Assembly: GCA_038087875.1 (NCBI GenBank)
Contig: JAXLNO010000592.1
Location: forward strand, 1-64,000
DNA: 64,000 bases
Direction of reading: 5' to 3'
DNA from: Malacoraja senta
Lineage: Eukaryota
The translations under genes and the position numbers were made by a program. The notes below the pieces were generated by a model that was given only the letters and a program-made list of their open reading frames with translations, had not been told where the DNA came from and ran no database searches. Shown here in pieces: positions 1-11,400 of this stretch. Position 1 is the first letter of the stretch. Every line of letters starts with the position of its first letter.

Positions 1-1190
1 TGCGGAATATATCATAGCTCTCCATCACTTCGATTCAGTTGGTTTGTTGGTACCAGTTCGGCATAATCTTTGTCAATCATATCCTTTTGGAAAGATGTAT
101 ATTCCTCATGAAATTTTGTATTCTGGCCAAACTTGCGTTTCAAATTTAGGATGCGTTGCTCTGCCATATGACGATTATTTGGCAGACTAACACTTTCTTG
201 TTTGAAAGGAAAGTCCAAACAATAGTGTCCGTCCATTATCTTTACTGAGTAGTTCATAATATCCAAGAACTTTAACTCTTCCCTGGACATTTCTTCAGAT
301 TCCTTACTAGTTCTTTCATTGAAGTCATGATTGTATTGCTTGATCAATAGCTTTTCTAATTTACCAGTAGATATTTGATTAACAGCAGCGGCAGGATAGT
401 TCTTCTGGTTTCCGCTTTCATTGTTCCTTCTCAAGGAGCCATAGATAACCCATCCTAGTAGGGTTTTCACAGCAAACGGTCCATCACCTTGGCTCCTCAC
501 AATCTGTATCGGTTCCAATGCCTTCAATGCATTCGTTCCGATAAGTAGGTCAATATCAGAATCTATTTTAGATATTTTGACATCCTTCAAGTAAGGCCAT
601 TGTCTCAAGTCCTCATGTCTGGGTATATTTTGATGACCAATAGGCATGGTTTCATGTGTAAACACTTCAGATATTGGAATAAAATTATCTTCATCCAGAC
701 TAGATATTTCCCTACTTGTAATGTAATGATTAACGGACTCCTTCTCTTCATTCATGGTATGCAATCGAATCTTAATCTCCTCTCCTGTGATGTCCAGCCT
801 TCTCATCATGCCTTCTATGCAGAAGGTAGCCGAACTTCCGTGATCTACAAATGGATATGTTTGCAACACTGTATTCGTCTTGCTATTCCTTACCTGTACT
901 GGTAAGACAGAGAAGATACAGGCTTCTAACCCGGCCCCAATATGAGCAGTTACTTGAGGTGAGGTGACAGCATCACTAGTAGCTGGCTTCTCCTTCTGTT
1001 CTATTTGCTCCGGTTACCATTATTCGGCCTGCTTTATCTCACCACTTTTCTCTCAGTCGTCTGGGCAGTTTTAGAATGATGGCTCTAGTATTACTAACAA
1101 GATTCATCTCCCCCATGTGGTTGAGATTTTTCATCGAGCTACATCAACCTCTAAGAAATTTTGCAAAATCAATGCCTCCACATCTTCTGG
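1..1190 (-). mobile_element. BEL/Pao LTR retrotransposon remnant (gag C-terminus, aspartic protease, start of RT)
   Basis: ORF 12..869 and upstream in-frame sequence give LKLPRRLREKW (gag end), TYPFVDHGSSATFC (protease-like), WPYL..IDSDIDLLIG..ALEP..GDGPFAVKTLLGW and HYCLDFPFK..LPNNRHMAEQR..LKRK, all typical of BEL/Pao polyproteins. Degenerate, with stops. Confidence 0.85.
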
Positions 1191-1244
1191 CTTGATATCT
1201 TTCCAAGCGTAGGCCTTCTCCATGTATACGTTAGGAATCCTCTG

Positions 1245-1843
1245 TTCAAAGTAACATTAGCAAATTTGCAGATGACACAAAGCTGGATGGCAGTGTGAAC
1301 TGTAAGGAGGATGCTATAAGAATGCAGGATGATTTGGACAGGTTGGGGGAGTGGACAGATGCATGGCAGATGAAGTTTAATGTGGATAAATGTGAGGTTA
1401 TCCACCTTGGTATCAAAAACAGGAAGGCAGATAACTATATAAATGGCGTCAAGTTGGGAAAAGGGGAAGTACAATGGGATCTAGGGGTCCTTGTTTATCA
1501 GTCTATGAAAGTAAGCATGCAGGTACAGCAGGCAGTGAAGAAAGCGAATGGCATGTTGTCCTTTATAACAAGAAGAGTCAAATATAGGAGCAAAGAGGTC
1601 CATCTGCAGTTGTACAGAGCCCTAGTGATACCACACCTGGAGTATTGTGTGCAGTTTTGGTCCCCTAATGTGAGGAAGGGCTTTCTTGCTATTGAGGGAA
1701 TGCAACGTAGGTTTACAAGGATGGCGGGACTGTCATATGCTGAGAGAATGGAGCGGCTGGGCTTGTATACTCTGGAGTTTAGAAGAATGAGAGGGGATCT
1801 TATTGAAACATATAAGATTGTTAACGGTTTGGACATGCTAGAG
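1245..1843 (+). mobile_element. CR1 (HER1-like) LINE RT C-terminal fragment
   Basis: ISKFADDTK, WQMKFNVDKCEVIH, RALVIPHLEYCVQFWSP, RRMRGDLIETYK. Cut by the hAT terminus at 1844. Confidence 0.9.
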
Positions 1844-4560
1844 CAGTGGTCCCCAACCTTTTTTTGGCCATGCCCGACCTAATCACCTCTAAAATCCTGA
1901 TGCCCCCCACCCCTCATGTGGTGATATATAATTCTTATCATTTCAATACCTTGGTTTAAACAAGCTTCAAAAGAACATGGCATCCATGAAAAAGAAAAAT
2001 GAAATAAACAAAAGACAGTTAAAGTTCTGAGCAAAAAATTACTAAAAAATTGTTAAAAAAAAGAAAAAAACATTAGGTGGTATTAAAATAATAATAATGA
2101 TAAATATGATAATAAAAGAGTATTCACAGGTAATAAAGAGAGAGAAAATTTCTATATTAGAATATTGAAATATTTGTGGATTGTCTCATACCAAAACAGC
2201 AAATAAAGTTTCAAAACATATAATAGAGAACTGAAATGTTATACAACACAAACTAATTTGAATGGAAGCTTTTTCTGTAATACATCGATCATTTTAATTA
2301 CTGTACAATAAAGTAAAGGTACCTATCAAATGCAAAATACCATTTGAGCTCACCTCAAGATAATTAGAATAAAGTTAGTGAGACCCTTGTGCTTCATGCC
2401 TGCTGCAAAGAGATTTTATATTAGGCACTAATTTAGTCAGCTTCAGTCTCAAATCTCCTCGTTTAGTGATATCCAGTCGATTTCTTTTCTCCAGTAGCAA
2501 ATCATTTACAGCACTAAAGCCACATTCAGCTAAATATGTAGATGGGAATGGTAACAACCGTTTTCTTGCAAAGCTGGTTGAATTTGGGTATCTAGTTTCT
2601 GTCTCATCACAAAGCCATGCCATCACTCCTTTTATGTTGAATAAAGTTTTAACTGACTCATCATTTTGTATTTCCGAGAGTTCTTCTTGGTACTGCATTG
2701 AAACATCAGATAGATCCACTAGCACTGGCTGCATCACCCATGTTGGAAAATCAATCTGTTTTAAATCAGAAAATCTTTCTTTCAAATCAGAGGCCAATAT
2801 TTTCAGATGATCCACAATGACAAGTACAGCAGCATCAGTCGGCTCACATTTCTTTAGCCAATGAAACTGGTCAAAATTTTTGTCAGAAATATGTTTTTGG
2901 CATAACTCGATAAATGAAATAAAGCCAAATATCTTCGCCTTTGCATCAACAAGAGTTTTATTTGTTCCTTGAAGTTGTTTATTCAACACATTCAGTTTTT
3001 CAAAAATATCTGCTAAATAACTCACAAACGCTTTTCCATCAACGGTTAGCAGGTGCTTCATTTCAGGCTTGTCACTTAAAAAGTCACAAAGCTCATCAAA
3101 TAGTTCCATGAATCTTTTCAAACAATTCCCCTTCGAAAGCTACCGCACCTCAGTGTGAAGTAAAAGTCACACATGGTCTGCATTGTTATCTTCACAAAAT
3201 TGCTGAAAAGACGCCCACATTTGGCATTAGCTTTGATAGCATTGATAGATTTTATAACTGATTTCAGTACCTCATTAAGTACAGGAGAAATATTTTTCGA
3301 CACTAAGTTCTCTCTATGAATAACACAGTGCACAAGAAGCATTTCCGGATTCTCATCTTTCATCAATTTTAAGCAACCATTTTTCTTGCCCATCATAACA
3401 GGAGCACCATCAGCTGCACAAGATGTTATGTTTTCCATTGGTATATTATTGACATCTAAGTAGTGTTTTAGTTTATTATATATATCAGTGGCGGTAGTGG
3501 TGGTCTCTAACGATTTGCAGAATAACATTTCTTCAGCAAATTCACCTTTATCAATATATCTTACATAGGTTAGCAATAAGGCCTCACTGTCTCTCACAGT
3601 TGATTCATCCATTTGTACTGAGAATTTTCTTGATTTCAGCTTTTCAACAAGTTGCGTTTCAATATCTTCACTCATTTCATCTGTTCTTCTCCTAACAGTG
3701 TTGTTACTGAGTGGCATGGCTTTAACATCTTTGTCATCTTTTTCCAGAACTGTTTTAAGAAATGCTGATAATGATGGTTTAATTAAATCCTCCCCTATAG
3801 TATGATTTTTTCCAGATTTAGCAATGAGTAAAGAAATTTCATAACTAGCCTCAAGAGTACGACTGACAGTAACAGTTTGTGCAGTGAACAGAGACTTTAT
3901 TGTTGATCTTTTTTCAAACTTATCCTTTAAAGATTTGAAGTAATTCAAATCTGAATTTACATACGCACTATGTTTCGCCTTCAAATGCGCCTCAAGACGA
4001 CCTGGTTTAATTGATTCGTTGGTCAAGCATTGTTGGCATAAGAGGCAGAAAGGTGACCGTTCACCATGGACAGCGGGTATGAAACCAAGTTTTAAATATT
4101 ACTCTGAATACTGACGAACTTTCTTCTTGCTTGCACTACTCATTTTAGCACGAGCAGTCAAAGAAATAATTCTCAGAAAATGGATTGCTTTCCCTTGAGA
4201 GAAAACGGAGGAAATAGATATTATAAGGGTAATTTAGCAAAAGCTCTTTGAATCGCATTTCTAAATCCAATTCAATAAATAAGGTTCTCCCATGACCTCG
4301 CGCGCTTCGTGCGACGTGCATGAAGAGCGATGGCGCGGTGATTATGTAATAACTACACAATAAAGACCTTTTTTACCCCAAAAAAATTATTTACTCAAAA
4401 TAACATCTGAAACATAAACTACATATGTTTACCTGATGGAAAATCCAAAAAAATAAAAATTGAAAATTTGGACCCAGACCTCCTCAGTCGCGCTCAATTG
4501 CCCCCCTTAAAAATCAAATTGCCCCCCTGTGGAGCGTACGCCCCACGTTGGGAACCACTG
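1844..4560 (-). mobile_element. hAT (Buster/Charlie-like) DNA transposon, TIR to TIR
   Basis: Left end cagtggtccccaacct (1844). Right end reverse complement cagtggttcccaacgt (ends 4560), 14/16 identical. Encloses a transposase pseudogene. Confidence 0.85.
2375..4143 (-). pseudogene. Buster-type hAT transposase (ZBED5/ZBED8/SCAND3-like) pseudogene
   Basis: ATG at 4143 (MSSASKKKVRQYSE*YLKLGF) with in-frame TAA at 4099-4101. BED finger CLLC..HLKAKH, MDEST, AADGAPVM, HCVIHRE. Frameshift near 3150-3200. C-terminal LLPFPSTYLAECGFS dimerisation motif. Confidence 0.9.
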
Positions 4561-4639
4561 ATGTAAACGGTGGCATGCACATATGTGTAGTGGAGATTAT
4601 AAATGGCATGGATCAATAAGGGTTAATCTACAAACCTCA

Positions 4640-5040
4640 CTTTTCATTATCTACATCATCGATTTGGCAACCACCAACTTTGTGGCTAGTTCCAGGTGTG
4701 CTTTTCGTTACCTTATCTCTTCTTCTTGTCGCCTCATCTCTTCTCTCAGCTGTTCTTCTTGTCGCTCAATCTCATGTTTCTTCTCCAAGGTATTTGATTC
4801 TATTGAGAGTGCAGCTAGATCAACTTCAACTTCCATTCGAGCAAAGGCCCTTGATGCTTTACTGGCTATAGAACCAGATTTATGTCCTGATCTTTGTGTA
4901 GATACATTTGAAATATTATCTTGAGGTGTAATCACATCTTCCATTCCAGCACCTTGTTGCGTGGCTTGTTTCCTGTTTTCCAGGCTGGCAAGCGAACAAG
5001 CTTCTTGGCTTCTTTCCAAACTTTAGCAGAACTAAATTTC
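4640..5040 (-). mobile_element. BEL/Pao gag N-terminal fragment (Ser-rich region plus coiled coil)
   Basis: ITPQDNISNVST..SGSIASKASRAFARMEVEVDLAAL..LEKKHEIERQEEQLR is typical of the fish BEL gag N-terminus. Same strand as the 1-1190 remnant. Confidence 0.65.
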
Positions 5041-5119
5041 TCCAGACTCTTCAGAAGCTGTTTGAAGTAAACATTCCAGCTTCTGAATTCAACATAGTAG
5101 AATAGTTGTTCTACACAAG

Positions 5120-5310
5120 ATTCTGGGCAGTGGGCAGGTGCTATAGACCTGCACGGGAAGGTAGACGCTCCCGTCCCCACGAGTCTCGGGCAGATGGGGC
5201 TCGTCAGCCTGGGAAGGCAGTCCATCTAGGAGAGGGAAAACTCTGATTTAAAACCTCCACTGCCTTGTGGCTATATCCAGTCATGGAAAAGGCTCCAGGA
5301 GTAAACCTGG
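5120..5310 (+). mobile_element. Structured segment resembling the 5' UTR of an RTE-clade LINE
   Basis: Motif ggctcgtcagcctgggaaggcagtccatctaggagagggaaaactctgatttaaaacc recalled from RTE-type 5' ends. Several hairpins visible. No ORF attached. Confidence 0.35.
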
Positions 5311-5440
5311 CTGGTTGAGATCTATTTTCTTCAGTTCCTCTTCCAAGGAACCAGTCTTCAGTTCCTCCTGGTACTAATTTTTGGGCGAATCTCTCTCCAG
5401 AGATCCAGGCCAATCTGTCCCACTTCTACCACCTCCTGAC

Positions 5441-5930
5441 TGTAAGGTAGCTTTCGACTCGATATAATGGCAGATTATTATATTGTTCAAGGATTTTCTC
5501 CCTCTAGCCACTAGGAGAAGACACGGGGTGAGGAGATAGCGTCGTTTTACGAATGGGAACTCTCCACGAGACATTCAAAGCCGTAGAAAGATAAATCATC
5601 AAAACAAACTCTCTTGATTAATAGTTTCTTTATTGTCAAAGTAAAACAGTCAGATATTCATCTAAACCTCTTCTTGATAAGTACATTTTAATCTTCGTCA
5701 AACTCCAGCATGTGGCTCCGAAATATTAGAAAACGTCTTTGGTGTTGGAAAGCTCTGACCATTGGTCGAAAGCTATACTGTCCCACCATGCTTCCTCCGA
5801 ACTAAATAAAAACCTACAAGTTTCTTCCAAGAATCCCAGCAGCAAACACGCCTCTGACTACATAATATATCCCACCCACATAATTACAGGCAGACAACAT
5901 TTAAAGGCAAATTCCATAATTTATGACACA
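5441..5930 (-). mobile_element. Possible 5' LTR of the BEL/Pao element
   Basis: On minus it begins tgt and ends aca, has an internal AATAAA, and is followed by gtcaggaggtggtagaagtggga (partly similar to a tRNA-Leu PBS). Lies upstream of the gag fragment. No partner LTR in the window. Confidence 0.3.
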
Positions 5931-5952
5931 AAAAATTAAGCCAAACGGCCAC

Positions 5953-6145
5953 TACACTCACTCTCTCACTCACACTCTCACTCACTCATCTACTCACACT
6001 CACTCACTCACTCACTCACACTCTCATTCACTCACTCACTCTCAGTCACTCACATTCACTAACACACTCACTCACACTCACTCTCTCACTGTCACACTCA
6101 CTTACTCACTGTCACTCTCTCTTTCTCTGTCTCTCTCTTTCTCTT

Positions 6146-6189
<44 letters not shown>

Positions 6190-6190
6190 G
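5953..6190. repeat. (ACTC)n/(CT)n compound microsatellite
   Basis: Directly visible low-complexity tract. Confidence 0.95.
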
Positions 6191-7136
6191 GTAACCATGT
6201 GCCTATGATCTCCAGTGAGCAAGTGTTCGAAGAAGCTCACAAACAAAGATCTGGAGTTCCTACTCTTTTTTCCCCTCTCTTCCTTCATCCGGTCCACCTT
6301 AGCTGAAACACCAGTAACTAATATGTTCATCAGACACGGACTGCCCCGAACCTACATGAAAGTTTCAAAATCTCGGCGCTTTCTCTCAGCATTGAGTGCA
6401 CTAATGTAAAAAGAAAATGTATCTACGGTATTGGACACAGATGTTAAACACAAATTGCCTGCGGTATCAGTGAAACCTTCTGTATATATACTTTTGTAAA
6501 TAGTTTTGAATATTCCCTGTTTTTAATTAGTTTTTAAGAAAATAGCTATTATTAATGAATTTCAGTGCATCAATTTGTTTTTTGAAATAAAATTTTGAGA
6601 TATTTAACGCATTAGGCTTTGGCGGCTGTTATTTTTCTGCTCTGACCTTAACCGCTGCTCTCTGCATGTTGTTTATTTGTTGTTCTGAGTTTGGTTCCAT
6701 GGTATGGATTAGGTATTGGGAATACAGCCATCTCTTACACATCACAGATCCAAGCACAAGTCTAATTTCCCAATAAGCTGTTCACGTACTATTTATGGTA
6801 ACTCCCTTCAATAACATTATCGAGATAGACACAAAGTGCTGGAGTTACTCAATGGGCCGGGCAACATATCTGGAGAAAAACGATGGGTAATTTTTTTGTT
6901 TTGTTTAGAGATACAGCACGGAAACTGGCCCCTTCAGCCCACGGAGTCCATGCCGATCAGCGATCCCCGCACACTAACGCTATCCTACACACACTTACTT
7001 ACTTAGACTTAGTTCCTCCCACACTGTTGAGTGCGTTGGGCAGCAAGCTTTGGCCATTCTGTTCGGTTATGTGCAACGTCTTCCACCCTCGATAGGTTAG
7101 TGTCCCGGGCTTCCAAATCCTACCAGAATGTTCACC

Positions 7137-7540
7137 TCATGTGAGTTTTGGTCGGCCTCTTTTCCTTCTTCCGTCAGCTTGCCATGTCATTGCTATCTTA
7201 GGTGCACGTTCTGCTGACATTCTGAGTACATGTCCTGCAGATTTCATCCTGTGTCCCTCCATGTCCTGGATGAGAGGCTTTGTTGCAATTTCCCGGTAGA
7301 TCTCCTCATTTGTGATGTGGTCTCTGTAGCTAGTCTTCAGGATCCTCCTCAAGCAACGTTGTTGGGATGCATCCAATTTATTTTTCATCTTCACATTGAT
7401 TTTCCATGTATCAGTGGCACAGAGGGCTGTAGGGAAGACTACGGACTGGAAGAGTTTGACTTTTAGCATCTTGGATATCCCACCACTAGACCATATTGGC
7501 TGCATTTGTCTGAAGATTGATGCAGCTTTACCAATTCCGG
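7137..7540 (-). mobile_element. RTE/RTE-X LINE ORF 3' fragment
   Basis: QQRCLRRILKTSYRDHITNEEI..AGHVLRM..PKIAMTW..GRRKRGRPKLT is the RTE C-terminal signature. Confidence 0.85.
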
Positions 7541-7544
7541 GTAT

Positions 7545-7718
7545 TTTATAATTTTTACCGAAGCAAATTAAAAACCCTAGCGTCTTTGGCATTTTGGAGG
7601 AAACCGGAGCACCTGGAGAAATCCCACAAAGGTCACGGGGAGAACGTAAAACTCCATACAGACAGCACTCATAGTGTGGATCGAACCTGGGTCTCTGGCG
7701 CTGTAAGGCAGCAGCTCT
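7545..7718 (-). mobile_element. HE1-type V-SINE, partial
   Basis: Reverse complement of the family head and body (ccttacagcgccagagacccaggttcga..ggtttcctcc). Confidence 0.75.
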
Positions 7719-8159
7719 AACGTGGGTGACGTTTCGGGTCGGGACTCTCCTTCAGACTGAAAATAGAGGGGAGGGAATTGGAGGTAAGAATAGAATAGAA
7801 ACATAGAAAATAGGTGCAGGAGTAGGCCATTCGACCCTTTGAGCCAGCACCGCCATTTAATATGATCATGGCTGATCATCCAGAATCAGTACCCTGTTCC
7901 TGATTTCTCCCCATATCCCTTGATTCCATTAGCCCTAAGAGCTAAATCTAACTCTTTTAAACACACGGACCAATATAGAACAAATCAGGGCCAGCAACAG
8001 GTGAACAGCAACAGCAAGGAAGGGTGGAGCCCATAATAGCCCATTGTTGGCTGGGGAAGAGGTTATAACGAAGGGATACAATTAACATTATTACCGACCC
8101 AAAACATTGCCTATCCATGTTCTCCAGAGATACTGTCCCACTCAGATATTTTGTGTAGA

Positions 8160-8438
8160 CCAGCATCTGCAATGGAGCAGTCTGAAGAAGGGTCTCGACC
8201 CGAAACGTCACCCATTCCTTCTATCCAGAGATGCTGTCTGACCTGTTGAGTTACTCCAGCATTTTATGTCCAGCATCAGCAGTTCTTTGTTTTCATATTC
8301 TCCCTTCTACCCATTCCTCCCCCACTCCCAATTCTTCCGTCTACACCGCATCTGCACCCAGGATGAGGTGTTCCAGACCAGGGCATCGGAGAAGTCCTCA
8401 TTCTTTAGGGAACGGGGGTTCCCCTCTTCGATTATAGA
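8160..8438 (+). mobile_element. Penelope-like element (PLE): pseudo-LTR followed by RT C-terminal fragment, left part
   Basis: pLTR with hammerhead core, then FRLHRICTQDEVFQTRASEKSSFFRERGFPSSIID. The frame continues at 13183 after the L1. Confidence 0.85.
8182..8209 (+). ncRNA. Minimal hammerhead ribozyme core in a PLE pseudo-LTR
   Basis: CTGAAGA-a-gggt(ctcg)accc-GAAAC-GTC: CUGANGA box, stem II, GAAA, palindromic ACGT short stem III, GUC triplet. Stem I is weak in cis. Activity untested. Confidence 0.7.
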
Positions 8439-11400
8439 CAGCAGTTATCACCTATGTTTGCAGCTCGTGGAGAGGAGAGGAGATCAGGCACCTGGCACAA
8501 TTCCAGGAACCTGACTCCGGTTAATCCACTCAGTAAACCGCTCACTTTAACAATACTAAATTCATTTTAAAATAGTTAAGAGATAAAGAGTGAGTAGGAT
8601 ATGGAATCGAATACATTTGACATATATATAAATTGTAACTGGGTGAAATAGAACTGAATTGGAAACGGTAATGACCCCATAGATTTTGGGTAATAAATAC
8701 AGCGGGGCTAACTTTATACCAACTACGCCGGAAGCGTTATGGATGTCGTACCCCACAGACGAGTGGGCCACTCACTACGGTGTTGAAATTTTAGACACCG
8801 TAAATTTATTTGATTTATATATATTTTTTTTAATCACAATATGTCACATCTGTGTGTTTTTTCTTCAAGGACAATCGCGCAGGAGAACTACCAAGGAAGT
8901 CTATAATAGAAATACTCCCAAAATAACCAGAGTCCGGAGGTATGAACGCACCACAATAATTAAGGTCATTAAAATTGGTAAAAATGCATGACGACAATCA
9001 AAAGAAAATAGGAGGAATCACATTATGTAGTTGGAATATAAGGGGGATTAATGAACCTATTAAAAGGGGCAAGATACTAGCTCAGTTGAAATCATACAAC
9101 ACGGACATAGCGTTTCTACAGGAAACACATCTTAAACAGCAAGATCAGACAAGACTGAGGGCGAACTGGATAGGCCAAACATTTCACTCTTCATTTACCT
9201 CCAAATCTAGAGGTACTGCAATTATTATTCGTAAAGGAATTCCATTTAAATCAAAGAACACTATTTTAGATAAGGAAGGGAGATATCTTATAGTAGCAGG
9301 GGAGATCAATAATATGCCAATTACGCTGGTAAACATATATGCGCCCAACTTTGATAACCCTCAATTTTTTAATAAAATTCTGAATATAATTGCAGAATCT
9401 AATTATCAAAATGTTATAATCGGAGGAGATTTTAATTGTGTTTTAGATCCTTATTTAGATAAATCGATGCAAAAACAAAAAGGTCAGACGAAATCTAAAA
9501 CCAGTGAACTCTTACACACATATATGGAAAACACAAATATAACAGATGTATGGAGGATTGCAAACCCGACGGGAAGGGATTACTCGTTTTATTCAATGGT
9601 GCATAAAACATATTCACGGATAGACTATTTTCTTGTGGATACAAAATTAATTTCGCAATCTCTGAATCCTAAATATCATATTAATGCGATCTCAGATCAT
9701 TCTCCGTTAACTTTTGTTCTAAAACTAGAAGGAATGTCTATGAATAAACCGTTCTGGAGGTTTAACTCACAAATTTTAAAAGACCCTCAAGGGAGTATCT
9801 ATCTAAAAAAACAGATGGATCTATTTTTTGAGTTAAATGATACACCAGAGATATCCCCCACGTTATTATGGGAATCCTTCAAAGCATTTATAAGAGGAGT
9901 CATTATTTCATTTCAAGCTTATCAAAATAAAAAGAATAAGAATGAACAAAGACACTTAGAAGATCAAATAAAACAGTTAGATATAGATAATGCTAAAGAC
10001 CCAACTATGGATAAACATAATAAAATACTACTACTGAAATTTCAGTTAAATAAATTACTGTCAGAGAAAGTTATAACATTATTTCAAATCACAAAACAAG
10101 AACACTTCGAATTCGGGGACAAACCCCACAAACTTCTAGCACGACAACTTAAAAAACGGGAAAAAGAGAATGCAATATTAAAGATTAAATCAGATAGAGG
10201 GGAAGTATTAACACTACCCAAGGATATTAATAAAAGATTTGCTCAATTTTACCAGAATCTATACACATCTAAAACGTCAATAGACAATAATAAAATCTCA
10301 GAATTTTTAGATAATTGTAATCTACCACAATTAGAACGCAGGGAACAAGAGGAACTGGGAGCACAAATTACTTCTAAGGAGATAGAAGACACAATAAAAA
10401 CACTAAAAAATGGAAAAACACCAGGACCAGACGGATTCAGTAATGAATTTTATAAATCTTTTTATGATATAGTTACTCCACGATTACAAAAAATGTATAC
10501 ATATGCTTATAAAGAGCAAAACCTACCTGAAACACTAGCGGAATCAACGATCATATTAATACTTAAAAAAGATAAAAATATAGAAGAACCAGGATCATAT
10601 AGAGCTATTGCTTTGTTAAATACGGATCAGAAAATAATAGCAAAAACATTAGCCAATAGATTAAGCAAGTATGTTAGTAGACTAATACATGAGGATCAAA
10701 CAGGATTTATACCTAAGAGACACTCATTTAATAATTTGAGACGTTTGCTTAACATAATGCATTCACATAAATCTTATGACCAAGAGTTAGCTATCATCTC
10801 ACTGGACGCAGAAAAAGCGTTTGATCAAGTAGAATGGGACTATATGATCAAAGTATTGCAAAAATTCCAATTGGGAGAAAACTTTATTGCATGGATAAAA
10901 CTACTATATAACAAACCTACGGCTAGAATACTAACTAATAATATATTATCTTCAAAATTCGAATTATCTAGGGGCAACAGACAAGGATGTTCACTATCAC
11001 CGCTGTTATTTGCTTTGGTAATTGAACCCCTTGCTGAAAAAATAAGAACACACTCGAATATTCACGGTTATAACACAAAATATTCAAACAACAAACTATC
11101 CCTATATGCTGATGATGTACTACTGTACATCACAAAACCACAAATTAGTATACCAAATATATTAAACTTAATTGAGGACTTTGGATCCTTTTCAGGATAT
11201 AGAATAAATTGGAACAAAAGTGAAATTATGTCGATTAAACCAAAAGACTCAACACATCTCAGGAAATTCCCTTTTAAAATAGCTATGGAAAAATTCAAAT
11301 ATTTAGGAATTGAGATTACTAGAAATTACCATGATATGTTTAAAGCTAATTATAATCCCCTACTTAAGAAATTAAATAATCTGATTAAATTTTGGAAAAC

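Noticed and set aside
5923-6330. His/Thr/Ser/Leu-rich and ER-repeat ORFs
   Set aside because: Translation of microsatellite DNA.
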